Shown: positions 38,606 through 48,237, counted from the first letter of the stretch. The stretch: 49,127 nucleotides of DNA from Planctomycetaceae bacterium (GCA_046076065.1 JBJTRH010000254.1:1-49127), one strand, 5' to 3'. The notes: a model not told the origin generated them from the sequence alone. Translations and numbers: made by a program.

Positions 38606-41152
38606 ATGAACCGCATGCGAGCGTGGCTGTTCGGCCTGACCATCGCCGTCGTCTGTTTCGTCGTCCGCGGTGAGGAGACGACGATTCCCGACGCCCCCGC
38701 GCGGAACGACCCGCCCCGGGTGTTCGTCAGCGGCGTGAAGGACGACTTCGCCAAGACCCGGGCGGCGATCGCCGCGGCCAAGCAGGCGAGCGGTCGTGAC
38801 TACCGCGTGGTGGTCGTCGACAGCCTGAGCGGCGCCGAGGATGCCCGAGGCCTGCTCGAGAAGGTCGTCGAACGCTGGCGGCAGGAGGCCGAAGCCTCCG
38901 ACGGCGGGTTCAATCCGGCTGGCGACGTCACCATCGTGCTTGACGTGGGGGACCGGCAGATCGCGATGGATGTGCCGTGGTCGCTCGAGGCGGCAGGCCT
39001 CGACTCCGAGGTGCTGCTCAATGACCTCATCGGCGAAACGTTCAGGCCGCGAGCGAAGGACGGCCAGCTTGATGAAGGCCTGGCCGAGCTCGTCGGAGCG
39101 ACCGAACGCTGGGTCCGCGACGAGGAGGCGACCCGACGGCAGGCCGCCGAGGCGGCCCGGTTGTTTCGCACGAGAACGCTGCCCATGGGGCTGGCAGGCC
39201 TCGGGGCCGCCGGCCTGCTCGGCAGCCTGGCCGTACAGTGGACGCGGCATCACCGCCGGCTGCGGACGGCCCGCGACAAACTCGCCGCCTTCAAGGCGGA
39301 GGTCGTGACCCTCTCCGACCTCCTCGACTCCGAGCAGGAGCGGCACCGGATGCTGCCGCACGCCGACCCCGACTTTCAGACGCCCATGCAGGGCATGACC
39401 CGCGCCGCCTACGACGGCGTGCAGGGAGCGATCCGCCGCTACCGCGAGCGCTGGCTCGGGTTGATGGACGTGTGGGAGAAGGCGCAGGCGAAGGTCGACT
39501 CGGAGTGGTTTCTCGGCACCTCCGCGGCCGACGAGGCGATCGGCCTCCTCGACTCCGCGGAGGCGCGGCCTCCCCTGCCGGACGTGGCGGCGGAATGCAA
39601 GGCTCCGCTTGATTCGCTCGAGACGGCGCACGAGGAGGCCCGCGAGGCGGTGGTCTCCCTCGATGCCGCGCTCGGGGATGCCCGGACGAGGCTCGACGCG
39701 GTGGCGGCCCGGGGTCGATCCAATGCGGCGTTCCAGGGGGCCGTCGCCGATGTGGCGCGGGGGCGCCAGCGGTTCGGTGAGCTGGTGGAGTCGGATCCCG
39801 TCGCGGCGCGGGGCGGCCTCGAGGAAGCGCGGTCGGCCCTCGAGGCGACCGTGGCCCGCGTGGATGCCCTCGAGGCGGTCGATGATCGCCGCCAGCGGGC
39901 CGCGGCGACGAACGACGACGTCGTGGCCCGGGTCCGCGGCCGTCGCGCCGAGGGCTGGCTGCTCGACGAGCCGGGCGCCAACCCGGACGACCGCCTGACC
40001 GCCGCCGCAGGGCATGCCGCCACGGCCGCCCAGCTGCTCGACGCCGGCGAGACCGACGCCGCGGCAGGCACCGTGGAGCGGGCCGAGCGGGCGACGGCCG
40101 AGGCGGCGGCCCTGCTCGAGAGCGTGGTCGCGGCGCGGACGAAGGCCGAGGAACTCCTGCCGGCATGCGTCGCCCGCGTCGAGGCGATCATCGCCGCCAG
40201 GCGGCGTTCGACCGAGGCTCTCGAGCGGCTCGCCGGCTACGGCGCTGAAGCGTGGAGTGACGTCTCCGAGAATGTCGCCCGCGCGGACGACGGACTGGTG
40301 CGGGTCAAGACGCTGCTCGACGAGGCCCGGGCCGCGCTGGCGCCGGAGCGGCAGCACTATCTTCGCGCCGTCGCACTGCTGGAGGAGGTCGTCCGCCAGG
40401 AAGACTGGGTCGAGGGCTGCCTCGCCGCCGTCACCGACCGGCTGGCGGAGCTCGACGGGCTCCGGTCGGCCCTGCCGGGCAAGCGGGACCGTGCCGTCGA
40501 GCGGGTGACGACGTTGGCTCGGCGGCTGCAGCGGCAGCGGACCGACCGCGTGAGCGCCAACGAGCGCTGCCGCGAGGCGGGCAGGATCATCGAGGTGGCC
40601 GACCAGAGCATGGCCGTGGCGCGGCCCGATCCGAGGCAGGCCACCCGCCTGATCGAGGCCGCCGACGCCGCGGTCGCCCGGGGCGAGCAGCTCGCCGACG
40701 AGGACGAGCGGCTCGCGCGGCAGGCGGCCAACGACATCGACGAGACCGACGCCCTCGTCCGCCGGGTGGCCGCGTGGTACGCCGAGGGTGTGCAGGCCGA
40801 CGTTCGTTCGGCGGCGGCCGCGGTCGACGCGGCGCGGTCGCTCCTCGAGCGGCAGCGGTACGAGGAGTCGATCCAGACCACCGCGGAAGCGTCGCGGCAG
40901 GCCCGGATCGCGTATGCGACGGCGACCGCGGAGGCCGATCGCCGCCGCATCCAGCGGCAGCAGGAAATCCAGCGGCGGCAGCTCGAAGAGTCGTTCGCGA
41001 GGATGTCGCGCGGGGCTGGACCGTGGGTGGTCCGGCTGCCGGGCAGCACGTTCACCGGCCCCGATCCGTGGCGGAGCATGACCCCGCAGCGGCCCCGGTC
41101 GACACCGACCGTCGGCAGCTGGTCGCGCGACGTCGTCCAGACGACCTGGTGA
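38606..41152 (+). CDS. TPM-domain protein with one TM helix and a roughly 600-aa Ala/Arg/Glu-rich helical-repeat cytoplasmic tail
   Basis: Signal or anchor MNRMRAWLFGLTIAVVCFVV. TPM-like segment (SGRDYRVVVVDSLSG..VTIVLDVGDRQIAMDVPWSLE..LIGETFRPRAKDGQLDEGL). TM helix LPMGLAGLGAAGLLGSLAV. Then long helical repeats with recurring motifs such as PDDRLTAAAGHAATAAQLL, PDPRQATRLIEAADAAV and AAAVDAARSLLERQRYEES. Confidence 0.75.
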   Translation: MNRMRAWLFGLTIAVVCFVVRGEETTIPDAPARNDPPRVFVSGVKDDFAKTRAAIAAAKQASGRDYRVVVVDSLSGAEDARGLLEKVVERWRQEAEASDGGFNPAGDVTIVLDVGDRQIAMDVPWSLEAAGLDSEVLLNDLIGETFRPRAKDGQLDEGLAELVGATERWVRDEEATRRQAAEAARLFRTRTLPMGLAGLGAAGLLGSLAVQWTRHHRRLRTARDKLAAFKAEVVTLSDLLDSEQERHRMLPHADPDFQTPMQGMTRAAYDGVQGAIRRYRERWLGLMDVWEKAQAKVDSEWFLGTSAADEAIGLLDSAEARPPLPDVAAECKAPLDSLETAHEEAREAVVSLDAALGDARTRLDAVAARGRSNAAFQGAVADVARGRQRFGELVESDPVAARGGLEEARSALEATVARVDALEAVDDRRQRAAATNDDVVARVRGRRAEGWLLDEPGANPDDRLTAAAGHAATAAQLLDAGETDAAAGTVERAERATAEAAALLESVVAARTKAEELLPACVARVEAIIAARRRSTEALERLAGYGAEAWSDVSENVARADDGLVRVKTLLDEARAALAPERQHYLRAVALLEEVVRQEDWVEGCLAAVTDRLAELDGLRSALPGKRDRAVERVTTLARRLQRQRTDRVSANERCREAGRIIEVADQSMAVARPDPRQATRLIEAADAAVARGEQLADEDERLARQAANDIDETDALVRRVAAWYAEGVQADVRSAAAAVDAARSLLERQRYEESIQTTAEASRQARIAYATATAEADRRRIQRQQEIQRRQLEESFARMSRGAGPWVVRLPGSTFTGPDPWRSMTPQRPRSTPTVGSWSRDVVQTTW

Positions 41153-41161
41153 CCGCCCGCG

Positions 41162-42010
41162 TCACCGCAGTTCCACGGGCCTCACGTCGAGGCTGCCGAC
41201 CTCGGCGGCCGCGCCGCGGCTCTCCGCCGCCGGTGGCTGCGTGGGCCGCTGACCCTCGAGCATCCGTTCCATGGCCGACACCCGCTCGCGGATCACCGGG
41301 GGCATGCGGCTCCGCCCCTCCGGGGTGTCGATGGTGTCGTTGAAGACGACGTGCCCCTTCTGGTCGGAGACCATCAGCCGCGTCTCGTCACCGCTGGTCA
41401 GCCGGATCTGATAGTCGGTGTCGTGACGGACGAGCGTCTCGTCGGCGAGTCGGCGGAGCGGCACGGCCGGGATGGGCCCCTGCTTCGGTGCCGCCTGCTC
41501 CACGATGGCGAGCGCGGATGCCGTCGGTCTCAGGCCACCGTTTGCGGCGGACCCGCGTGGCGGTCCACCCTCCGGCTGCCTGCCGGCGGTGATCGGCACG
41601 ACGATCTCGCGGCCGCCTCGGAGCACAGTGCAGGCGAGCGGCGCGTCGGTCCCGGCCGCTTCAAGCAGCGCGTCGAACTGTTCGGGCAGCACGAGGAGCT
41701 GGTCGTCGAGTTGCACCAGCACGTCATGCTGGGCGATGCCGACCCGCGCGGCGGTCGACCCGGGTGCCACGCCCTCCACGACGAGCCCGGCCCCACGCTT
41801 GAGCGCCAGCTGCTGCCGCAGCACGCCCGATGCTCGTGACAGGCTGAGACCGAGGGCGGCGCACGATGTCGGGGCGGTCGCGGCATTGCCGGCGGGCACG
41901 AGGTGCGATCGCGGAGCGTCGGCCGCGAAGACGGTCGGGCAGGCGAGGCACACCGCGACCATTCCGGCCGCCGAGCGAGCGCGTCGAATCCGTGAGAGTG
42001 TCTGCCTCAT
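41162..42010 (-). CDS. Secreted PDZ-domain protein
   Basis: Signal peptide MRQTLSRIRRARSAAGMVAVCLACPTVFA. PDZ-like core GLVVEGVAPGSTAARVGIAQHDVLVQLDDQLL...CTVLRGGREIVVPI. ATG at 42010-42008. Confidence 0.75.
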   Translation of the reverse strand: MRQTLSRIRRARSAAGMVAVCLACPTVFAADAPRSHLVPAGNAATAPTSCAALGLSLSRASGVLRQQLALKRGAGLVVEGVAPGSTAARVGIAQHDVLVQLDDQLLVLPEQFDALLEAAGTDAPLACTVLRGGREIVVPITAGRQPEGGPPRGSAANGGLRPTASALAIVEQAAPKQGPIPAVPLRRLADETLVRHDTDYQIRLTSGDETRLMVSDQKGHVVFNDTIDTPEGRSRMPPVIRERVSAMERMLEGQRPTQPPAAESRGAAAEVGSLDVRPVELR

Positions 42011-42303
42011 GATTCCGTTCACCGGGTCGCGAACCGGGCCACCACAGGCCCATGGTTCCGGGATATGTGACGTTTTTTCGCCTCCTTCGCCAGACGACTC
42101 TGGGCCGGGCCTGGCCGCCCCCCGCCGCGCGGTGATCTGGGAAGGCGGGGCAGTCCGGGCCGCTCCGGGCCGCGGCGCGACCCTGCGGTGCCGGGGTGGC
42201 GGAGGTCGTTGCGTCCGCGTGCGCGGTCGCCTGCTGATCGACCGGCAGGCTCCTTCCGATAGGAAAGACGCAAGCAGGATTCGCGACCCGGAGGATCGGT
42301 ACC

Positions 42304-42780
42304 ATGACACGTTCATCCCTTTCGTCGCCGGCGCAGGCGATCCTCGCCGCGGCCGTGGTCTTCGCGGCGACCGGCTTTGCGGCGGCCGCCGGCACGAGCG
42401 GCCGCACGACGGCCGCCAAGCCGCGGCCGGCTGCCGCTCCCGCGGCGGTGCAGCCGCCGCTCCCCAAGAAGCCGGTGCTGCTGCCCGGGACCGGCTCGCT
42501 CGTCAAAAACGTCGTCGACGACTTCGAGGACGAGAAGTGGACGTGGAAATACAACCACCCCAAGAGTTCGGAGGAGCAGGACAAGCGGATGCGGGGACCG
42601 CTCGGCAAGAGCACCAACGGCCGCTGGTTCGAGGGGCCGAAGCGGGGCACTCCCGACGTGGTCAAGCGGGTCGACCTGCCGGCGCCGGGGCTCGAGGGGA
42701 GCGAGCACGGGCTGCTCGTCGCCACGCTGCGGGGCGGCGTTCCGGGCCGGGTCACCTACACATGCAGCAGGACGACCTGA
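42304..42780 (+). CDS. Secreted hypothetical protein, N-terminal piece (signal peptide plus about 110 aa). It is either a separate small gene or the 5' half of a frame-broken gene.
   Basis: MTRSSLSSPAQAILAAAVVFAATGFAAAAG signal-like N-terminus, then FEDEKWTWKYNHPKSSEEQDKRMRGPLGKSTNGRWFEGPKRG. The stop is at 42778-42780. Confidence 0.55.
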   Translation: MTRSSLSSPAQAILAAAVVFAATGFAAAAGTSGRTTAAKPRPAAAPAAVQPPLPKKPVLLPGTGSLVKNVVDDFEDEKWTWKYNHPKSSEEQDKRMRGPLGKSTNGRWFEGPKRGTPDVVKRVDLPAPGLEGSEHGLLVATLRGGVPGRVTYTCSRTT

Positions 42781-43376
42781 TCTACAACCTCGGGAAGTTC
42801 TCGGGCCGAAGCATGTCGGTGGGCGACAGCCCGAGCATGACCGTCCGCGTCTACATGCCGCCGTTCGAGCAGTGGGAGAACCGCAGCGGGCCGAGCTTCG
42901 GATTTCGCGCCGGCTGCTTCACGCACGCGATCATCACCGGCGACGACCATCCCGACGAGGGCAGGTTCGGTGTCGAGGAGTTCTGGCCCGGAATGTTCGT
43001 CTGCTTTGAGAGCAGCCACGACGGCCGCTTCAAGGAGGACGGCGCCTACATCCGCGTTCGCAGCGGCCGTAACGGCGGAGAGATCCGCGGGTCGCGGATC
43101 GAGGAACTGGGCTGGTGGACGCTCGGGATGTCGTTCTCGCCGGATGGCATGGTCCACTACTTCGCGAGCCCGGGCGTGGACGAACTCACGATGGACGACC
43201 ACATCACATCGCAGTATCCCTACGGGTATCGCACGGAGTGGGTGAAGACGTTCTTCTTCAACGTCTGCACCCAGGACGACGGAAAGACGTGGAGCACGCC
43301 GTGGGTGATCGACGACCCCAAGGTGTACTTCGTGAAACGGCCCCAGATGGCCACGTCGAAGTCCACTCGCCGCTGA
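42762..43376 (+). CDS. Hypothetical protein, C-terminal piece (beta-rich, no signal peptide of its own). Its frame is -1 relative to the piece above.
   Basis: The ATG at 42762 opens MQQDDLIYNLGKFSGRSMSVGDSPSMTVRVYMPP...GWWTLGMSFSPDGMVHYFASPG...WVIDDPKVYF. Upstream of about 42750 this frame is Arg-rich nonsense. Confidence 0.55.
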   Translation: MQQDDLIYNLGKFSGRSMSVGDSPSMTVRVYMPPFEQWENRSGPSFGFRAGCFTHAIITGDDHPDEGRFGVEEFWPGMFVCFESSHDGRFKEDGAYIRVRSGRNGGEIRGSRIEELGWWTLGMSFSPDGMVHYFASPGVDELTMDDHITSQYPYGYRTEWVKTFFFNVCTQDDGKTWSTPWVIDDPKVYFVKRPQMATSKSTRR

Positions 43377-43394
43377 GCGCCGCGGTGGGGCGCG

Positions 43395-44522
43395 TCAGCG
43401 GGCGGTGCGGACGAAGTCGCAGACGGGCACCAGGTCGGCGGCCAGGCCGTCGGCGGACCCGCGAGCCGTCAGTTCTTCGCCGTTGCGGTGGCCGACGACG
43501 AACTCGCACGACCGGCCCGCGTCGCCGCCCATGCCGTCGAGCCGCACTCGCCAGGCGTCTCCATCGCGGGTCCACGTGCCTTCGGCGAATCTCCCCGCGG
43601 ACGTGAACACCCACGAGCGGATCTGGCTTCGTTCGGGATCCCAGCCGATGATTTCGGTCACCTCCCGCGGCGCGACGTCGCCCGGTGGCAGGAGGCCCGG
43701 GACGTCGGCGGAGGGCTCCGCCACCGCCCCGTCGCCCGAGACGACATGCTGGCGAACCAGAAAGGCCCTGCCGGTGGTCCAGTGGCAGCTGGTGCCGGCC
43801 GTGATGCCGGGGCCGACGTCCTCCCACATGCCGACGAGCCAGCCGAGCTGCTCGAGTTCACGAGGCGAGGTCGAGGCTTCGGGCCAGGGCGACTCCCGGA
43901 CGCTCTCGAACATCCAGCGGCCCGACTGACGCACCGCGACGCCCGAGAACCGGCTGCCCGAGGTCGCTCCGTCGCCGAAGGTGATCCGCGACGTGCCGTC
44001 CACGACGGCGACATCGGCACGCACCGGCCGGACCGACGTGACGTCGATCTCGATCGCGGCTGCCGCATCGTCGGCGAACAGCGACGCGAACACGGTGTGA
44101 ACTGCGTCCCTGCCCTGCGTCACGTCGCCCGACGCGAGGTCGACGTTCTCGCCGGCCGCGGTCCAGTGGCCGGCAAGTTCGACGGAATCGTGCCGATTGA
44201 AGGCCTGCTGGTAGGCGGCGATCATGCCTCGCACCGAGGCGTCGGCGTCACCGATTGCCCGGCCCTGCGTCGCGGCGAGGCGGCGAGGCTCGGACGCCGC
44301 GTTCTGCAGAGGAGCCGTGGACCGGAATGCGTGGTGCGGAGGGATCACGACCGGCACGAGGCCCTCGTGGTCGACGCGTCGCTCCGAGCCGGCGGTGCGG
44401 AACTCGGGCTCCGCGGGGGCGTTGCCGATCCCGCGGTCGATGTGCGAGGAGCACCCGCCGATCCACACCGTCGCGAGTCCGACAGCCGACAGACCGACAC
44501 CCGACATCCGCTGCCGCTTCAC
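43395..44522 (-). CDS. Lipoprotein with a SnoaL/DUF4440-like (NTF2-fold) domain
   Basis: Lipobox LATVWIGGC. VRGMIAAYQQAFNRHDSVELAGHWT..GRWMFESVRE is DUF4440-like. The GTG start at 44522 is preceded by AGGAGGG with a 6-nt spacer. Confidence 0.7.
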   Translation of the reverse strand: MKRQRMSGVGLSAVGLATVWIGGCSSHIDRGIGNAPAEPEFRTAGSERRVDHEGLVPVVIPPHHAFRSTAPLQNAASEPRRLAATQGRAIGDADASVRGMIAAYQQAFNRHDSVELAGHWTAAGENVDLASGDVTQGRDAVHTVFASLFADDAAAAIEIDVTSVRPVRADVAVVDGTSRITFGDGATSGSRFSGVAVRQSGRWMFESVRESPWPEASTSPRELEQLGWLVGMWEDVGPGITAGTSCHWTTGRAFLVRQHVVSGDGAVAEPSADVPGLLPPGDVAPREVTEIIGWDPERSQIRSWVFTSAGRFAEGTWTRDGDAWRVRLDGMGGDAGRSCEFVVGHRNGEELTARGSADGLAADLVPVCDFVRTAR

Positions 44523-44619
44523 GGCTCACCCTCCTGGCGATGGACTCGGCCGCCCGCCATCCCAGGGGCGGGCCGACGCGGCCATCGTCAGGGTATCCGT
44601 TCGCGGCGGAAGCGCACAG

Positions 44620-46191
44620 TCACTTCGCCTCGGCCGTCACCCCGGGAAAGTCGTCGGTGCGGAACGGGGTCAGGGGCAGCCCGTTGCTGGCGTACAGATT
44701 GCACACCGGATTGTCGGCCCAAGCGTAGCGGACGGCCACGGGCTCGGCCACGGCCTCGCTCCACACCTCGATCCGCCCGTCGTCACGGATCCGAGCCTTG
44801 GCGGGCACGAACGTCCGATCGGCTCCGGCGACCGTGAACCCGATCGGCTCGTTGACATCGAACGGCCGCCAGCCCTTGCCATTCGGCACGTGGTCGAACG
44901 AGAGCACGATCTTCGTGCCGGCTTTTTCCATGCCCTTGTAGAGCGGGCTCCGGCAGGCGATGCCGGACCGGCCGTAGGTCTCGGCGAGCGCCCACCGGGC
45001 CAGCCGCTTGGCCACGTCCTGCTTGTTCATGGGGTGGATGTCCTTGCCCTCGCCGAGGTCGATGATCACGGCCTCGCCGGTCTTGGGGAGGGCCTTCATC
45101 GTCATCGTCTGGGCCTCGCGGAGCTCGGCCCAGTCGCTCTCGGCCGGCTCCGCCTTCTCCGCCTTGAAGTCGGCCAGCTGCACCCAATAAAAGGGGAAGT
45201 CGCCGAGCCCCCACTCCTCCCGCCACGTCTGGATCATGAAGGGGAACAGCTCGCGATACTGGTAGGCACGGCCGGCGTTCGACTCGCCCTGGTACCAGAT
45301 CGCCCCCTTGATCCCGTAGCCGATCGAGGGCGTCAGCACGCCGGAGTGGATGTTGCCGGGGCGGGCGTTGCCCTTCATGCGGCCGTCGGGGTGCTGTTTG
45401 GGGTCGGGCTTGCCGCCTGGTTCGGGCTTGCCCTCGGCCTTGGCCTTCTCCGCTCCCGCCTTCCAGTCGGTCACCTTCTTCTCGAACTCGGCCTTGGCCC
45501 GTTCGAAGTTCGCCTCCTCCTTGACCCACTTCTCGTGAATGGCCTTGAGCGTGGGATGGGCTGCGAGCTTGTCGCGCCGCACCCAGGCTTCGGCCGCACT
45601 GCCGCCCCAGGCATTGTCGATGAGCCCGACCGGCACACCGAGCGTCTGGTGCAGCTGGCGGCCGAAGAAGTAGCCCACGGCCGAGAACTCGCCCACGGTC
45701 TCGGGCGAGCAGACCTGCCAGGCTCCCTTGAAGTTTCGCTGCGGCTCCTGGGTGCCCACCTGGGGCACCGAGACGAAGCGGATACCGGGATAGGCGGCGG
45801 CGGCCTTCTCGAGATCGGCGTCGTTGGCCTGGTTCACCGCCCATTGCATGTTGGACTGACCGGAGCAGACCCAGACCTCGCCCACGAGCACGTCCTTGAA
45901 GGCGACCTCGTTCTTGCCCTTCACGGCGAGCGTGTGCGGGCCGCCGTACTCCTTCACGGGATCGAGCACGACGTGCCAGGAGCCGTCGCCGGCAGCCGTC
46001 GCCGTCTTCGTCTGGCCGGCGAATGAGACCGTCACCTGCTCGCCGGGATCGGCCTGTCCCCAGACCCGGTTGGCGATGCCCTGCTGGAGCACCATATGGT
46101 CGCCGAACATGTTGTTGAGCGACACGTCGGCCCGGGCCATGACGCAGGCGGCAAGCGCGATCGTGGCGGCGGCGAAGCGGAAACAAAGCAT
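44620..46191 (-). CDS. Sialate O-acetylesterase (SASA/CE6-like)
   Basis: Signal peptide; [53 protein letters not shown]: characteristic of 9-O-acetylesterases. Confidence 0.9.
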   Translation of the reverse strand: MLCFRFAAATIALAACVMARADVSLNNMFGDHMVLQQGIANRVWGQADPGEQVTVSFAGQTKTATAAGDGSWHVVLDPVKEYGGPHTLAVKGKNEVAFKDVLVGEVWVCSGQSNMQWAVNQANDADLEKAAAAYPGIRFVSVPQVGTQEPQRNFKGAWQVCSPETVGEFSAVGYFFGRQLHQTLGVPVGLIDNAWGGSAAEAWVRRDKLAAHPTLKAIHEKWVKEEANFERAKAEFEKKVTDWKAGAEKAKAEGKPEPGGKPDPKQHPDGRMKGNARPGNIHSGVLTPSIGYGIKGAIWYQGESNAGRAYQYRELFPFMIQTWREEWGLGDFPFYWVQLADFKAEKAEPAESDWAELREAQTMTMKALPKTGEAVIIDLGEGKDIHPMNKQDVAKRLARWALAETYGRSGIACRSPLYKGMEKAGTKIVLSFDHVPNGKGWRPFDVNEPIGFTVAGADRTFVPAKARIRDDGRIEVWSEAVAEPVAVRYAWADNPVCNLYASNGLPLTPFRTDDFPGVTAEAK

Positions 46192-46371
46192 GCGAGGAGT
46201 CTCCCGGAACGGGTGCAGGAAATGGTCGCCCCGTCGCGGAGGTTACCGCGGGGGCGGCCGGCGGGAAACCTGCTGCCCGACGACGGCACGCCCCCACGCG
46301 GCGTTCCTCGCATCGCGCGGGGGCGCAGGGTATCGTGATCGCACCGAAGCACGCACCGCAGGAGCAGCCAC

Positions 46372-48237
46372 ATGACCGCCGACCATCACGACGAGCACCG
46401 TCCGCCCGCCCCGGGCAGCCACGGGGAGAAGCCGTCGGCGACCTCGGCGGTGGCGATTCCCCTGGTGGCGCTCGGCCTGCTGGCCGCCGCGGTCTGGCTC
46501 GGCACCAAGCCGGCGCCCTCCACGGTCCCCGGTCCCGCGACTCCCGCTGCCGCGCCGGTCGCGTCGGGCGACCCGCTGCCGTCGTGGAACGAGGGCGCGG
46601 CAAAGACGGCGATCCTCGCATTCGTCAAGGCCGTCACCGACGAGTCGGCGGCCACGTTCGTGCCGCGGCCGCAGCGGATCGCGGTCTTCGATCACGACGG
46701 CACGCTCGTCTGCGAGAAGCCGCTGCTGCACGGGATGTTTCTCGTCGACCAGGTCCGCCGGCTGGTGGAGCGGCGGCCGGAACTCGCCCACGAGGAGCCC
46801 TACGCGACGATCCTGACGGGCGACCTCGAGTTCGTTCGCCGCCTCGGCAAGAAGTTTTTCACCGACCTCACGTTCTCCACGCTGGCCGGCGTGCCCGAGG
46901 AGAGGCTCGAGGCGGAGGCCCGGGACTTCATCCGCACCGCCCGGCATCCCGTGTTCGACGTGCCGCTCGGCGACGTGACCTACCAGCCCATGAAAGAGCT
47001 GATCGCGCTGCTCGAGAAGCGGGGCTTTACCGTCTGGATCTGCTCCGGAAGCGGGGTCCACTTCATGCGCCCCGCAGCCGAGGCCTGGTACGGCATCCCG
47101 CCGGAACGGGTGATCGCCTCCCGGCCGCTGACCGAACTGCGGGAGGTGGAGGAGCCGACGCCGGCCAACGAGAAGCACCCCAACCGGCGGCTCGACCTCG
47201 TCGTCCTGCCGCAGCTGCACGTGCTCAACGACGAGGAGCGGAAGCCCGTGAGCATCGGCGAGCACATCGGCCGCCGCCCGATCCTCGCTGTCGGCAACGT
47301 GGGGACCACGGGCGACATCGAGATGCTGCGGTGGTCACAGTCCGGCGACGGGCCGAGCCTGCAGCTGCTGGTGCTGCACGACGATCCCGCCCGGGAGATG
47401 GAGTATGGGGAGCCCTCCGACGACTCGCTCACGGCCGCCACCCGCTATGGCTGGCAGGTGGTGCGGATCGCGAGCGACTGGAAGAACGTGTTCGCCAAGC
47501 CGCTGGTGAAGAAGGCGGTCGCCGCCGCATCGGTCGCCGGCGCACCGGCGGCCGTCCCCGCCCCGCCGCCGCCGGCCGTGGCGGCCATGCCCGCAGGACA
47601 GTCGCCGCCCGAGGGCCCGCCGGCGGGCAAATGGGAGGACGAGATCGCGGCCTACGAGCAGCTCGACCGCGAGTCACCCGTAACGCCGGGCGGCGTCGTG
47701 CTGCTGGGGTCCTCCAACATCCGGCTGTGGAATACGCTCGCGGATGACTTTCCCGGTATGAACGTCGTCAACCGTGGCGTCGGAGGCTGCCGCCTGGAGG
47801 ACCTCGCCGTGTTCGCCCCGCGGCTGCTGGCCGCCGCGAAGCCTCGCGTGATCGTGGTCAGTGCCGGCACGAACGATATCGCGTCGGGCGCGTCCGCCGA
47901 TTCCATCCGGGATGCCTTCGTGCGATTCGTCGCCGCGGTGCGGCACGACCATGCGGATGCCACGATTGTCTTCCTGGCGATCTCGCCCACGGTGAAACGC
48001 TGGGATCAACTCGACCGCCAGCGGGAAGCCAACGCCGTGATCAAGGGCGTGATCGACGGGGAATCCCGCGACGGCGACCTGGTGTATCTCGACGCGAACG
48101 AGGCGTTTCTCGGGCCGGACGGCGCGCCCGCCGCCGAGTGCTTTCTGGACGACATGCAGCACCCGAGCACGATCGGCAACGCCCGCCGGGCGGACCTCAT
48201 CCGCCCCGTGCTGCGGGCGATTCTGGACGCCCGCTGA
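46372..48237 (+). CDS. Membrane-anchored fusion of a HAD-like phosphatase domain and an SGNH/GDSL hydrolase domain
   Basis: TM anchor AVAIPLVALGLLAAAVWLG. HAD motif I VFDHDGTLV. Pro/Ala linker. SGNH blocks VVLLGSSNI, VNRGVGG, VSAGTNDI and DDMQHPS. AGGAG lies 7 nt upstream of the ATG. Confidence 0.8.
   Translation: MTADHHDEHRPPAPGSHGEKPSATSAVAIPLVALGLLAAAVWLGTKPAPSTVPGPATPAAAPVASGDPLPSWNEGAAKTAILAFVKAVTDESAATFVPRPQRIAVFDHDGTLVCEKPLLHGMFLVDQVRRLVERRPELAHEEPYATILTGDLEFVRRLGKKFFTDLTFSTLAGVPEERLEAEARDFIRTARHPVFDVPLGDVTYQPMKELIALLEKRGFTVWICSGSGVHFMRPAAEAWYGIPPERVIASRPLTELREVEEPTPANEKHPNRRLDLVVLPQLHVLNDEERKPVSIGEHIGRRPILAVGNVGTTGDIEMLRWSQSGDGPSLQLLVLHDDPAREMEYGEPSDDSLTAATRYGWQVVRIASDWKNVFAKPLVKKAVAAASVAGAPAAVPAPPPPAVAAMPAGQSPPEGPPAGKWEDEIAAYEQLDRESPVTPGGVVLLGSSNIRLWNTLADDFPGMNVVNRGVGGCRLEDLAVFAPRLLAAAKPRVIVVSAGTNDIASGASADSIRDAFVRFVAAVRHDHADATIVFLAISPTVKRWDQLDRQREANAVIKGVIDGESRDGDLVYLDANEAFLGPDGAPAAECFLDDMQHPSTIGNARRADLIRPVLRAILDAR

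Noticed and set aside
37844-40357. 837-aa minus-strand ORF antisense to the EF-hand, Rossmann-fragment and TPM genes, plus several 100-300-aa Arg-rich ORFs in the same region.
   Set aside because: Arg/Pro/Gly-rich with no domain features. The plus-strand TPM protein has a coherent signal/TPM/TM/helical organisation.
42031-42078. Hairpin GAACCGGGCC-ACCACA-GGCCC(AT)GGTTC followed about 14 nt later by a T6 run, in the divergent spacer between the PDZ gene and the split secreted-protein gene.
   Set aside because: The T-run is not adjacent to the stem, and no upstream gene on the plus strand would need a terminator. It may just be a 5'-UTR structure of the PDZ gene on the other strand. The evidence is too weak to call.
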